A stretch of 63,127 nt of DNA, the filler included, from an uncultured bacterium (GTDB lineage Bacteria; CAYJRR01), in NCBI GenBank assembly GCA_964372275.1. It is 5 parts of 5 records of this genome, joined end to end, with 100 filler letters (N's around TTAATTAATTAA, not from the genome) between each part and the next. Parts side by side here need not be neighbours in the genome. Positions count along the whole stretch, not along the records: positions 1 to 13,830 come from CAYJRR010000123.1; positions 13,931 to 27,308 come from CAYJRR010000124.1; 3 more parts are not named here. One strand, 5' to 3'. The notes beneath the pieces are model-generated. The model did no database searches, had not been told where the DNA came from, and saw nothing but the letters and a program-made list of their open reading frames with translations. How positions within the stretch are numbered: position 1 is the first letter of the stretch; each line of letters opens with the position of its first letter. Below are positions 10,073 through 20,273 of this stretch, piece by piece. A program made the translations under genes and the position numbers.

Positions 10073-11493
10073 TGTCCAACGTCGAGCTCGACGAGAAGAT
10101 CCCCAACAACGTCAACCTCTCTGGCGACAAGCGGCTGCAGCGCGCGCTCGAGCACTGGCAGCCCCGGTTCCTCGACTGGTGGAAGGAGATGGGGCCCGAC
10201 GACTTCCAGGCCAACGACGTCTACCTTCGCACCGCGATCTCGGTCGACGCGAAGGGGTGGGCCAACTTCGGCTACACCAAGATGCCCGACTACCGGTGGG
10301 GGATCTTCCTCGCCGACCGGGAACCCGATCGGCGGATCGGCTTCGGCGACCACGTCGGATCGCCGGTCTGGCAGGAGGTCCCGGGCGAGCACCGCGGCAC
10401 GCTGCGGCGGCTGATCGTCACCCAGGGGGACACCGAACCGGCGTCGGTCGAGCAGCAGCGGCGACTCTGCTACACCGCGCCGTCGCAGTACGACCTGCGC
10501 AACCTGTTCCAGGTGAACGTGGAGGAGGGGCGGCATCTCTGGGCGATGGTCTACCTGCTCCACACCTACTTCGGCCGCGACGGGCGCGAGGAGGCGGAGG
10601 CGCTCCTGACGCGGCGGTCCGGGAACCCGGACAAGCCGCGGATCCTGGGCGCGTTCAACGAGCCGTGCACCGACTGGCTGTCGTTCTACATGTTCACCTT
10701 CTTCACCGACCGCGATGGGAAGTTCCAGCTCCTGGCGCTTGCGGAGAGCGCCTTCGACCCGCTGGCCCGCAGCTGCCGGTTCATGCTGACCGAGGAGGCG
10801 CACCACATGTTCGTCGGCGAGACCGGCGTGCAGCGGGTGGTGGCGCGGACGGCGGAGTTGATGCGCCAGGCGGGCCCTTCGGGGGACGTGCGCGCGCTCG
10901 GAGGGATCGACCTGCCGACGATCCAGCGCTACCTGAACCTCTGGTACAGCCTCTCGCTCGACCTGTTCGGCAGCGAGATCTCCACCAACGCCGCCTCGTT
11001 CTTCGCCCAGGGACTCAAGGGCCGGGCCAAGGAGGAGCGCTTCGAGGACCACCGCGCGACCGAAGGGGTCTATCCGATGGAGACCTGGGACGGCGAGCGG
11101 TCCGTGCGCCAGGAGGTGCCGCTCCGCAACGCCATGAACGAGGTCTTACGCGACGCCTACGTCGAGGACTGTCAGCGCGGCGTCGACAAGTGGAACCGGG
11201 AGCTCGAATCGCGCGGCCTCCCCGACCGGCTGACGCTTCCGCACCGGCGCTTCCACCGCCAGATCGGGATCTTCGCCGGCAGCCACTACGACCCGTCCGG
11301 GAACCCGGTTCCGGCCGAAATCTGGGAGCACCGCCGCGGGGAGTGGCTGCCGACGACGAAGGACAACGAATTCGTTCGGAGCCTTCAGACCCGCCCCGTC
11401 TTGGAACCGGGCAAGATCGCCGGCTGGATCGCGCCCCCCGCGCGAGGGATCAACCACCAGCCGTTCGACTTCGTCTACGTCCGGAAGGACTAG
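10072..11493 (+). CDS. boxB: Benzoyl-CoA 2,3-epoxidase di-iron subunit
   Basis: KIPNNVNL...LQRALEHWQP, QGDTEPASVEQQ, NVEEGRHLWAM, MLTEEAHHMFVG; TGATG coupling to boxC. Confidence 0.95.
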   Translation: MSNVELDEKIPNNVNLSGDKRLQRALEHWQPRFLDWWKEMGPDDFQANDVYLRTAISVDAKGWANFGYTKMPDYRWGIFLADREPDRRIGFGDHVGSPVWQEVPGEHRGTLRRLIVTQGDTEPASVEQQRRLCYTAPSQYDLRNLFQVNVEEGRHLWAMVYLLHTYFGRDGREEAEALLTRRSGNPDKPRILGAFNEPCTDWLSFYMFTFFTDRDGKFQLLALAESAFDPLARSCRFMLTEEAHHMFVGETGVQRVVARTAELMRQAGPSGDVRALGGIDLPTIQRYLNLWYSLSLDLFGSEISTNAASFFAQGLKGRAKEERFEDHRATEGVYPMETWDGERSVRQEVPLRNAMNEVLRDAYVEDCQRGVDKWNRELESRGLPDRLTLPHRRFHRQIGIFAGSHYDPSGNPVPAEIWEHRRGEWLPTTKDNEFVRSLQTRPVLEPGKIAGWIAPPARGINHQPFDFVYVRKD

Positions 11494-11524
11494 ATCGCCC
11501 GGCCAAAGCGGCGCGTGCGTTCGA

Positions 11525-12502
11525 CTACTCGACCGGCCGGCGGACGACGCGCCCGGCCTTCAGCTCGTCGCCGTCGAGGCCGGTCATCAGGCTGGACAGG
11601 ATCGTGCCCGGGTTCATGATCAGCTTCACCGTGCCGTGGATCGACGCCTCGGCGACCGCGCCCGCCATGTAGTGGGCCATGACGAAGACGTTGTCGACCC
11701 AGGCCTCGGAGCCGAGGCGATTCAAGGCCATCAGCTTGAGGTTAAGCCCCCCCACCGGGAGCGCCGCCGTCCCCGACAGGCCGGCCGCCACGCCGCGAAA
11801 CTCCTCTGGCTTGTCGAGGCGACCCCAGACCAGACCGCAGCCGCCGAAGGCGCGAGCGCCGCCGCCGCCGCCGATCCCCGCGCTGGCGTCGACCAGGCTG
11901 TAGAAGCCGACCCGGTACTCGAGACCCTTGTCGACGACACGTCCGGTCAGGGGATCGACCTTCTCCACGTAGGAGGGGACGACGATCGCCCCGAGTCCAC
12001 CACCGGCCCCCGCGCCGTACCCGACGTTGAGGGAGCCCTTCCCGCCGATCTGGCAGAGGATCGCGGTCGGGACCAGATCGCGAGGGAGTCGCGCGCGCGA
12101 CCGGTCGGTGTCGTTGAGGGACTCCAGCTCCGCGAGCAGCGGGTCGAAAGTGGGGAAGCGCGTCTGGAAATCGCGCAGCGCGGCGGCGCTCTCGAGGCGG
12201 TCCGGCAGCGCCCCCACCAGCTCGCCGCGCAGCACCTCCAGGCTCTCGCGCCAGACGGCGCGCTTCTGCGCGTCGGCCAGGTCGGCCCACGGAGTGCGGT
12301 AGTAGATGTAGCGGCCATCGCGGGTGATCGTCGTCGACGATCCGCGGGCCGTCGAGGCGGCGGCGCTCACCGCCCGCACGACCTCCTCGACGCTCGGAGA
12401 CGGACTCGCTCCTCCGCCGGGGCAATCCTGGGCGGAGGCGATCCCGCCGTGGAACGCGAGCACCAGGCCGGCAACGATCGTTCGGTTTCGGTTCGTCGAC
12501 AT
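11525..12502 (-). CDS. Hypothetical secreted protein
   Basis: AGGAGG RBS, signal peptide ending ASA-QD, Gly-rich beta-strand C-terminal half. Confidence 0.6.
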   Translation of the reverse strand: MSTNRNRTIVAGLVLAFHGGIASAQDCPGGGASPSPSVEEVVRAVSAAASTARGSSTTITRDGRYIYYRTPWADLADAQKRAVWRESLEVLRGELVGALPDRLESAAALRDFQTRFPTFDPLLAELESLNDTDRSRARLPRDLVPTAILCQIGGKGSLNVGYGAGAGGGLGAIVVPSYVEKVDPLTGRVVDKGLEYRVGFYSLVDASAGIGGGGGARAFGGCGLVWGRLDKPEEFRGVAAGLSGTAALPVGGLNLKLMALNRLGSEAWVDNVFVMAHYMAGAVAEASIHGTVKLIMNPGTILSSLMTGLDGDELKAGRVVRRPVE

Positions 12503-12682
12503 CGGATCGCCTCCTTCCTGGGGAAACGAGCAACCGGCGTACCGTCGCGTGATCGGACGCGAAGCGCGCGTTCCGTCGGGACAATCGGCCCGACGATTCC
12601 GGCCGGAACCAGACGGGCCGCCGAGGCGCGTGCGTCGCCCGTCGGCAACCGCGGTGTCCAGTTGGCCGTATACTCTCGTTTG

Positions 12683-13779
12683 ATGGTGAGGGGAGGGACG
12701 AAGCGAACGTCGCGCCCCCTTTCGCTCGTCGCCGTCGTCGCCGTCACGGCCGCCTTCGTCGCCTGCCGCGCGACGGTCGATTTCGACGGGGACGGTGGCG
12801 CGAGCGCCACGCCGACGATCCCGCTGCTCGATCCGGGCGACGCGCTCGACGGGGATCTCTCCGTCACCACCACCGTCGCCTACGTGAACACCTGCCAGGA
12901 GGTGGTCACCGCCGCCGGAACCGAGATCCTGGTCCAGGACGCCCAGGGGTTCCGCGAAGGTCGGCGCATCCTCCTGATGCAGACCCAGGACGCGCTCGTC
13001 ACCGCGACGCACGCCGAGGCGGTGGAAGCGGGATCGGCCGGTCTCTGGGAGATTGCGCGCGTTGCGGAGATCCAATCGTCGCTCAAGACGCTGGTTCCGG
13101 AGGATCCGCTCCACGGCACGTACGCGTCGGTCAGCGGCGTTCGGGCCGCCCAGGCGTGCACCCTTCCCGAGTTCGGCTCGGTCTCGGTCGCTTCGCCGGG
13201 GTATGTGAGCGCGCGCCCCTGGAACGGGCGATTCGGCGGCGTCCTCGCGTTCCTCGCGCGGGATCGCGTGGAGGTCGGCGCCGGATTCGGCCTGTTCGCC
13301 GGCGGAATGGGATTCAATGGCGGCCTGTACAAGGGTCCGGCCTCCCCGTCCTGCCCCAGTCCGAGCGACGACGTCGATCCGACCTCGCAGGCAGCCGGGG
13401 GAAAGGGCGAGGGGACCGACGGGCGCTCGGACGCGCGAACCGGGCGCGGGAGCTTCGCGTCGGCGGGCGGCGGCGGTCATTGCAACAAGGGTTCCGGCGG
13501 AGGTGGAGGCAACGGCGGGCGTGGCGGATACGGGGCGCGGGCGAGCGGTTCGGGGGACGCCGGAACGCGCGGCGAGCCGGGGGCCCGCGTGATCGAACCG
13601 ACGGGAACGATCCGCCTCCTTCTTGGCGGTGGCGGCGGCGGCGGTCACGATGGCGCCGCCGACACCCTGTACGCGAGCGTCGGCGCGCGTGGCGGAGGGA
13701 TCGTGCTGGTGGTGACCGACCGGCTCGAAGGCACGGGCACGATCCAGGCGAACGGCGGGAATACCTACACCAGCGGATC
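12683..13779 (+). CDS. Gly-rich surface lipoprotein/adhesin-like protein, truncated at contig end
   Basis: Lipobox FVAC, WNGRFGGVLA, GGGGGNGGRGG and LLLGGGGGGG motifs; runs into adapter. Confidence 0.6.
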
Positions 13780-13830
13780 AGATCGGAAGAGCGTCGGGTC
13801 GGGAAAGAGTGTGTTAGATGGCGTGTAGAT
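13780..13830 (+). other. Illumina TruSeq adapter read-through (artefact)
   Basis: AGATCGGAAGAGCGTCG(G)GT(C)GGGAAAGAGTGT + 10-nt index-like GTTAGATGGC + GTGTAGAT. Confidence 0.95.
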
Positions 13831-13930
13831 NNNNNNNNNNNNNNNNNNNNNNNNNNNNNNNNNNNNNNNNNNNNTTAATTAATTAANNNNNNNNNNNNNN
13901 NNNNNNNNNNNNNNNNNNNNNNNNNNNNNN
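13831..13930. other. Artificial contig linker
   Basis: N-run, TTAATTAATTAA (stops in all frames), N-run; 100 nt. Confidence 0.98.
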
Positions 13931-14217
13931 CCTCGGTGGGCGCCGGCCACTACCTGCACGATCCTTCCAAGAACAGCGCGACCCTCGACGCGAACCTGGA
14001 CGTGCGCCTCTTCCGCGGACTGACGCTGAACCTGTTCGGCAACGGCGCGCTGATCCACGACCAGCTGTATCTCTCCAGCGAAGGGGCGAGCCCCGAGGAG
14101 GTGATCCTGCAGCGCAAGCAGCTCGCCACCTCCTACCGCTACTTCGCCGCCGTCGGGTTCACCTATACTTTCGGATCGATCTACAACAACGTGGTGAACC
14201 CGCGGTTCGGAGGGTAG
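13931..14217 (+). CDS. C-terminal fragment of an outer-membrane beta-barrel protein
   Basis: Amphipathic strands ending YTFGSIYNNVVNPRFGG. Confidence 0.6.
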
Positions 14218-14218
14218 G

Positions 14219-14815
14219 GTGACCCGAGACTACAAGAGCGTCTTCGCCGCGCTGCCGGCGAAACACGGCCGGCGGATCTTCGAGAAACTGAGCCCCCACC
14301 AAAAGCTGGGGGTGCTGGTCGGACCCAACGACATCACCGTCACCGAGTTCGCGGCGCAGAAGCCGCTCGACCGGGACCGGATCGCGAACACCTTCAAGGG
14401 ACGGATTCCACGCGTCGACTCGATCGAAGGGGCGAGCGTCGAGGTCTCCGCCGACCTGCTCGACGACCTCGAGGCGAACGCGTCGAAGTTCGAGACGCTG
14501 ACCACCTCCCAGATCGCCGTGCTGTCGGCGCTCGACCGGGTCCTGGCGGTGCCGCACGGCGTGCCGTTCCTCGACGGCCAAGCGGTCGCGCTCCTCACGC
14601 GGGCAGACCAGGCGAAGATCGGCACCGAGTTCAACCACCTGCTCGACCGCCTCGGCGGACCGGAGGTCGCCGCCGAGATCGTCGGACCCTACCTGGACGC
14701 GCAGGGGAGCGGGGTCGACGACGTGCTCGAGGCGATCGACACCCTGAACGAGACGCTGGAGACGGCGGAGAAGAAGAAGCTCGACGTCCTCCTTCTCTGT
14801 TGCCCCGACGAATAG
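14219..14815 (+). CDS. Hypothetical protein
   Basis: Host-like codon usage; GTG start 1 nt after the upstream stop. Confidence 0.6.
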   Translation: MTRDYKSVFAALPAKHGRRIFEKLSPHQKLGVLVGPNDITVTEFAAQKPLDRDRIANTFKGRIPRVDSIEGASVEVSADLLDDLEANASKFETLTTSQIAVLSALDRVLAVPHGVPFLDGQAVALLTRADQAKIGTEFNHLLDRLGGPEVAAEIVGPYLDAQGSGVDDVLEAIDTLNETLETAEKKKLDVLLLCCPDE

Positions 14816-14838
14816 GCCGACTCGTCCGGAACCGGCGC

Positions 14839-15906
14839 GTGCCACGTCCCCACCTCCTCGTCGCGAACCCCACCGCGCAAAGCGGCAGGAACGCGGAGCG
14901 GATCTCGCACGTCCGGGCGCGGCTCGCCTCCCGCGGGATCGTGCACGAGCTCCTGGCGACCACCCCCGCCGGCGGAACGGTCCGGGAGCTTTCGGGCCGT
15001 CTGCGGGAGGGGGGGATCGGGGCGGTGATCGCCATGGGCGGGGACGGAACGTTCGCGGAGGTGGGGAAGGCGCTGATCCGTTCCGGACGCGCGCGGGAGG
15101 TGCCGCTCGCGATGCTCCCCACCGGGACGGCGAACGACCAGGGACGGAGCTTCGGGCTGTCGAGCGATCCGTCGGAGATCGATCGGAACGTCGGCGTGAT
15201 CGCGGAGGGCCGGGAGGCCGACCTCGACGCGGGGCGGATCCGGGCGATCGAACGGAACGCGACGGTGCGCGAAGACCACTTCTTCGACAGTGCCGGATGG
15301 GGGATCGGACCCCGCATCCTCGCTTTGCGTAACGAGGACCGGCGCGAGATCGACCGGGTCCCGGTGCTGCGCGAGGTCTACCGCGACCAGTGGGTCTACG
15401 CCGGGGCGCTGCTCAAGACGTTCCTCGCCTCCTACCTGGAGGACGACAAGTTCGACGCCACGATCTCCGTGGACGCCGACCCGACCCCCCGCCGGTGGAC
15501 GGGGCTGACCGACCTGGTGGTCAAAGGGACGCGGATCTACGGCGGACTCTGGGTGCTCGACCGGGACTCCCGACCGGACGACGGCCGCTTCGAGGTCGTG
15601 CCCTTCCTGGGAAAGCGCGACTGGATCTCCAAGGCGCTGGTCCACCTCGACGGCACCGGGCGCACCGCCGACGCGCTGGCCCAGGTCGGGATCCGGCACT
15701 CGGAGGGTCTCCAAGCCGGCCGGATCGAGATCGCCTTCCACAACCGGTCCGATGCCGTGCCGCTGGCGGCGCAGATTGACGGAGAGGAGTTCCCGGCCAC
15801 GTCGCGGGCGCGGATCGAGGTGCTTCCGCGGGCGCTGCGGTTGGTCGTTCCGGCCGAGCTCGCGACCCGGCCCGGGCCGCCGAACCCGCTCCCAGAGCGG
15901 AAATGA
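14839..15906 (+). CDS. Diacylglycerol/lipid kinase family protein
   Basis: ANPTAQSG, MGGDGTFAEV, LPTGTAND, PDDGRFEV and QIDGEE motifs. Confidence 0.85.
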   Translation: MPRPHLLVANPTAQSGRNAERISHVRARLASRGIVHELLATTPAGGTVRELSGRLREGGIGAVIAMGGDGTFAEVGKALIRSGRAREVPLAMLPTGTANDQGRSFGLSSDPSEIDRNVGVIAEGREADLDAGRIRAIERNATVREDHFFDSAGWGIGPRILALRNEDRREIDRVPVLREVYRDQWVYAGALLKTFLASYLEDDKFDATISVDADPTPRRWTGLTDLVVKGTRIYGGLWVLDRDSRPDDGRFEVVPFLGKRDWISKALVHLDGTGRTADALAQVGIRHSEGLQAGRIEIAFHNRSDAVPLAAQIDGEEFPATSRARIEVLPRALRLVVPAELATRPGPPNPLPERK

Positions 15907-15946
15907 GCGATAAATTGGACGTCCGGAGCCCAAAGAATCGACCCCA

Positions 15947-16492
15947 TTGAAACCGTCCTCCCCCGAATTATCGGGTCCCGACGTCCGGATCCGGGACGCC
16001 CGCGATGACGACGGACCGGCGCTGATCGAGGTGATCGAGGGCTGTTTCGCCGAGTACCCGGGGTGCATCCTCGACGTGGAGGTCGAGGCGCCGGAGCTCA
16101 AGGGGATCGCCTCGGCGTTCGCCGGTTGGGGCGGGCGCTTCTGGGTGGTCGAGCACGCGGGTCGCGTCGTCGGGTGCGTCGGCACGACCGCCGCCACCGA
16201 TCCGACCGGATCGGAGCTGAAGAAGCTCTACCTGCACCGGGACCACCGGGGCGGAACGACCGCCGCCGCCCTCTACGGAACGGTGGAGGAGGAGGCCCGC
16301 CGCCGGGGTTCCCGCTTCGTCGACCTCTGGTCGGACACCCGCTTCCGGAGGGCTCACCGCTTCTACGAGAAGATGGGGTTCGTTCGCGGCGACCGGATCC
16401 GCGAGCTCCACGACCGGAGCGGTTCGGTCGAGTACTACTTCCGCAAGAACCTGATCGCGACCGCCTCCGGAGCGGACGGCGGCGATCGATAG
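15947..16492 (+). CDS. GNAT family N-acetyltransferase
   Basis: ELKKLYL...HRGG, WSDTRF..AHRFYEKMGF. Confidence 0.85.
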   Translation: MKPSSPELSGPDVRIRDARDDDGPALIEVIEGCFAEYPGCILDVEVEAPELKGIASAFAGWGGRFWVVEHAGRVVGCVGTTAATDPTGSELKKLYLHRDHRGGTTAAALYGTVEEEARRRGSRFVDLWSDTRFRRAHRFYEKMGFVRGDRIRELHDRSGSVEYYFRKNLIATASGADGGDR

Positions 16493-16653
16493 CTGCCTCG
16501 CGCCGACGCGCCGGTTCGAGACTCGAACGCGACCGTCGGGAGATCGGACGCGCGCCGCCCCGCGATCCGAAAATTCTGTCGGCGTCCACGAAGATTTCTG
16601 ATCGACATCGCGAAAACGCGTTTACACTTATTCCAACGTATGAGACGACCTGC

Positions 16654-17715
16654 ATGAGAGTTGCCGTTCTGTACGACGGCGAGGTCGTGGGTGGAACTCC
16701 GGATCTCCTCATCATGGAGACGGCCAAGGCCGTTCAGGCCGCTCTCGTCGCCAACGACTACCAGACGTCGCGTGTGCCGATCCGGCCCGACGGACGGTGG
16801 ATCGAGAAGATCCGGTCCGGCCGCTTCGACCTCGCGTTCAACGTGTGCGATGGCGTGAACGGAGTCTCGGTCCTGGAGCCGGCGGTCATTGGGACGCTGG
16901 AGCTCCTGGGGATCCCCTACAGCGGGAACGGGAGCTGGACCCTCTCCATCTGCCTTCGCAAGAACATCGTCAACACGCTGCTCGACCGGATCGGTCTGCC
17001 GGTGCCGCGGTGGAGACTGGTCCGTCGGGGCGATCCGCTTCCGACGATCGGCTTCCCGGTGATCTGCAAGCCGGCGGCCGAGGACGCGAGCGTCGGGATC
17101 GAGCAGCGGAGCGTCGTCACCGACCGCCGCAGCCTCGCTCTCCGCCTTTCCGAGCTGCACGAGAAGTGGGACGAGATCCTGGTACAGCGGTTCATCGACG
17201 GGCGGGAGGTGAACGTCGGCTTCGTCGCGGGCCGCGTCCTCCCCCTCTCTGAGATCGACTTCAGCGAGATGCCGAAGCAGTACTGGCGGATCGTCTCCTT
17301 CCGGTCGAAGTGGGAGCCTGGATGCGACGAGGACGTCGGTGCCGTTCCGCGCTGCCCGGCCCGCGTCCATCCCAAGCTCGCGGCGCGCATCGAGCGGATC
17401 GCGACCTCCGCGTGGTCGGCGGTCGGGGGGACGGGATACGGGCGCGTCGACATGCGGATCGACAAGGCGGGGCGTCCCTGGATCCTCGAGGTGAACCCCA
17501 ACCCCGACTTCTCGCCGGGGGCGGGGCTCGCCCGGATGGGGGGCGCCGCGGGGATGGACTACAACGAGATGGTCCGGCTGGTCGCCGAGGAGGCGGTGAG
17601 CCGCACGCGGGACGCCGCGGCGGAGCGTCGCTGGGCGGTCACGCAGAACGTCTCGTCGATGCCCCCCGGCGCGCCGGTCATCGAGCTCCTGTCGCGACGC
17701 CGCGGCCGTCCCTGA
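16654..17715 (+). CDS. D-Ala-D-Ala ligase family ATP-grasp enzyme
   Basis: LELLGIPYSG, KPAAEDASVGI, FIDGRE, GYGRVDMR, LEVNPNP. Confidence 0.85.
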   Translation: MRVAVLYDGEVVGGTPDLLIMETAKAVQAALVANDYQTSRVPIRPDGRWIEKIRSGRFDLAFNVCDGVNGVSVLEPAVIGTLELLGIPYSGNGSWTLSICLRKNIVNTLLDRIGLPVPRWRLVRRGDPLPTIGFPVICKPAAEDASVGIEQRSVVTDRRSLALRLSELHEKWDEILVQRFIDGREVNVGFVAGRVLPLSEIDFSEMPKQYWRIVSFRSKWEPGCDEDVGAVPRCPARVHPKLAARIERIATSAWSAVGGTGYGRVDMRIDKAGRPWILEVNPNPDFSPGAGLARMGGAAGMDYNEMVRLVAEEAVSRTRDAAAERRWAVTQNVSSMPPGAPVIELLSRRRGRP

Positions 17716-18769
17716 CGTCGTTTCGCGATCGCCGTTTCGGGAGAACGGCGATCGGGTACGACTCGAACCAGTCGGGCCAGCCCGGGATCCGCGCGCGGAG
17801 GTGGACCGACCATCGCAGGGAGTTGGACGGCGCGACGAACGTCGCCGGCGAATCGTCGGCGAGGCGGAAACGGGTGGCGAAGGTCTCGGTCTGCCCGATC
17901 TCCAGGGTCCTCCCACCACCCGACATCGTCTGGGCAAGCTTCGACACGACGTGATGATGCGTCGTCTTGTTCGTCCCGCTTCCGCTCACCACCACCTCCT
18001 CGCACGTCAGGGTGGCGTCGATCGCGTCGATCGTGACCGACGACCGGGGGCGGACGGTGACGTCGACCGAAAGCTCCTCCCCGGCGTGCACCGTGCCCGG
18101 CGAGATCCGGACCTCGGGCGTGCCGATCTTCCCCTGCGTCATCGCCTTTCGGACGATACCGATCAGGAAGGCGAGGCCGGCGATCGTCAGCACCGCCCCC
18201 GCGATGCCGGTCGGAATCGACGAACCGAGCAGCGGATCCCCGCGCAGCGATGACAGCAGGACGAAGCCTCCCACCAGCATTGCCGAGGCGATCAACGAAA
18301 CGAGACCCATGACCCAGGTCGGAGTCGCGCGCGCCGTCGCAGCGCCCTCCCGCGTTGGCACCGGGTCGGCATCGGGTCCGAGGGCGTACGACTCGCCGTC
18401 CCCGGCCTCGAGGTGGAACGATTCCGCCGCCTTGGGGTCGATGGCCCACGGCACGTCGGCGCGCGCACGGACGTGCCAGCCGACCTGCAACAGGTGCCCC
18501 TCGTAGCTCAACGGGCCGGGCGGCGCCGTCAGTTCGAACGGATAGCGATACTCGTGCCCCGCGCTCCAGTCGATCGCCTCGCAGAGGGTGGCCGAATCGA
18601 CCGTCTGCTTGGCGACGTTTCCCCGGCCGCGCGTGCGCCATTCGAGTTCGACCCACAGACGCTTCGATCGCACGTCGGCGTCGGTCCGCACCACCACGCT
18701 TCCCGCGATCCGCTCGCCGGACCTGTAGGTCTGCCGGCCGAGATCGACCTTCAGCTCACAACTCGACAT
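17678..18769 (-). CDS. Hypothetical membrane protein with two arrestin-N/SpoOM-like beta-sandwich domains
   Basis: Two similar beta-rich domains flanking two hydrophobic helices; fold assignment is inferred. Confidence 0.55.
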   Translation of the reverse strand: MSSCELKVDLGRQTYRSGERIAGSVVVRTDADVRSKRLWVELEWRTRGRGNVAKQTVDSATLCEAIDWSAGHEYRYPFELTAPPGPLSYEGHLLQVGWHVRARADVPWAIDPKAAESFHLEAGDGESYALGPDADPVPTREGAATARATPTWVMGLVSLIASAMLVGGFVLLSSLRGDPLLGSSIPTGIAGAVLTIAGLAFLIGIVRKAMTQGKIGTPEVRISPGTVHAGEELSVDVTVRPRSSVTIDAIDATLTCEEVVVSGSGTNKTTHHHVVSKLAQTMSGGGRTLEIGQTETFATRFRLADDSPATFVAPSNSLRWSVHLRARIPGWPDWFESYPIAVLPKRRSRNDVRDGRGVATGAR

Positions 18770-19355
18770 CGGTTCCTTCCGCGACGCGTTGGAACGCTTC
18801 GTAGAGCGCGCCCTCGATGGCGCGCAGGTCGTCGCCGTGCCGATCGAGGAGCCGGACGAGCGTGTCGGGCGGCACGCGGGGGACGGGACCCGGCCCGCGA
18901 CGCGCCCATCCGATCCGCCGATCGACGATCCCGGCGAGCTTGTCGATCCCGAGGCCCGTGAGGACGATCGTGCGTACCGGCCGGCGAACGGCGCGCGACA
19001 GGTCGACGTGGGTCCCCAGGACCGCCGCGCGGGACCGGCAGAGCAGCCGACGCAACCGCCAACCCGACATCCGCTGCGCCTCGTCGAGGAGCAGCATCGC
19101 TCCTTCGGGCGCATTCAACCTGCGATCGCGCTCGTCGACGCGGTGGTAGACCGCGCCCGGCACGGCGGCGGCCACCGCGAGCAGGTGCGTCGTCTTCCCG
19201 CGACCGGATTCGCCGACGAGCTGCACCACCTCCCCGTCCCGGGGAACGATCGACCCGACCTCGAGCAACGCCAGCGCCGGCCGCTCCTCCGGCTCCGGCT
19301 CCGAGAACGGATTCCACGCCAGGTTCAGGCGCTCGAAGGCCCGGACGCGTGTCAC
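18756..19355 (-). CDS. Small P-loop NTPase of unknown function
   Basis: Walker A GESGRGKTT, Walker B LLLDEAQ; GTGA overlap with the kdsA stop. Confidence 0.7.
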   Translation of the reverse strand: MTRVRAFERLNLAWNPFSEPEPEERPALALLEVGSIVPRDGEVVQLVGESGRGKTTHLLAVAAAVPGAVYHRVDERDRRLNAPEGAMLLLDEAQRMSGWRLRRLLCRSRAAVLGTHVDLSRAVRRPVRTIVLTGLGIDKLAGIVDRRIGWARRGPGPVPRVPPDTLVRLLDRHGDDLRAIEGALYEAFQRVAEGTDVEL

Positions 19356-20197
19356 TCCCCCCGCGCCTCCCGGCTGATCCGGTCGATCGCCACCAGGTGC
19401 GACAGCAACGACGGCACCTCCGCCAGCCGGAGGGTGTTCTGCCCGTCGGACTTGGCGCGCGACGGCTCTTCGTGGACCTCCATGAAGAAACCGTCGACGC
19501 CGGCGGCGGCGGCGGCGCGCGCCAGCGGCGGGATGTACGGCGCCAGGCCGGCGGTCGTCTCCCCGGCGTTCCCGCCCGGAAGCTGGAGCGAATGCGTGGC
19601 GTCGTAGATCACCGGGTAGCCGAGCTCGCGCATCACCGGAAGGCTGCGCATGTCGACGACCAGGTTGTTGTATCCGAAGCTCGCCCCGCGCTCGGTGAGC
19701 AGGACCTTCTCGGTGATCGACGGCGCGACCTTCGCCACGATCGAGCGCATGTCCCAGGGGGAGACGAACTGCCCCTTCTTCACGTTGACCGTCTTGCCCG
19801 TCTTCGCCGCGGCGATCAGGAGGTCGGTCTGGCGGCAGAGAAAGGCCGGGATCTGCAGGCAGTCGAGCGCCTCGGCGACCGGCCCGACGTGATCGATCTC
19901 GTGCACGTCGGTCAGGACCGGGATCCCCAGGGACGAACGCACCTCCGCCAGGATCTTCACCCCCGCTTCGAGGCCGGGACCGCGGTACGACGCGCCGCTG
20001 GAGCGGTTCGCCTTGTCGAAGCTCGCCTTGAAGACGAACTGCACGCCGGCGGAGAACGTCATCTCCTTCAGGCGCCGCGCGACCTCCAGCGTCGCGTCGC
20101 GGTCCTCGATCACGCAGTGGCCGGCGATGAAAGTCAGCGGCGCTCCGCCCCCCACCGCCACCGGTCCGATCTGCACCTTGCGCGTCCTGGCCGCCAT
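19352..20197 (-). CDS. kdsA: KDO 8-phosphate synthase
   Basis: FKASFDKANRSS, QIPAFLCRQTD, KKGQF, TERG..FGYNNLVVD, DATHS. Confidence 0.95.
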   Translation of the reverse strand: MAARTRKVQIGPVAVGGGAPLTFIAGHCVIEDRDATLEVARRLKEMTFSAGVQFVFKASFDKANRSSGASYRGPGLEAGVKILAEVRSSLGIPVLTDVHEIDHVGPVAEALDCLQIPAFLCRQTDLLIAAAKTGKTVNVKKGQFVSPWDMRSIVAKVAPSITEKVLLTERGASFGYNNLVVDMRSLPVMRELGYPVIYDATHSLQLPGGNAGETTAGLAPYIPPLARAAAAAGVDGFFMEVHEEPSRAKSDGQNTLRLAEVPSLLSHLVAIDRISREARGE

Positions 20198-20273
20198 CGT
20201 TCCTCCGGACGCGGAGAGGCTACCAGAACCCGGGCCGCCGCGCCGCCCGGGCTCCAACCGGGCCGGCAGGAGT

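Noticed and set aside
13875..13886. Recurring TTAATTAATTAA as a biological motif
   Set aside because: It is a six-frame stop linker embedded in N runs.
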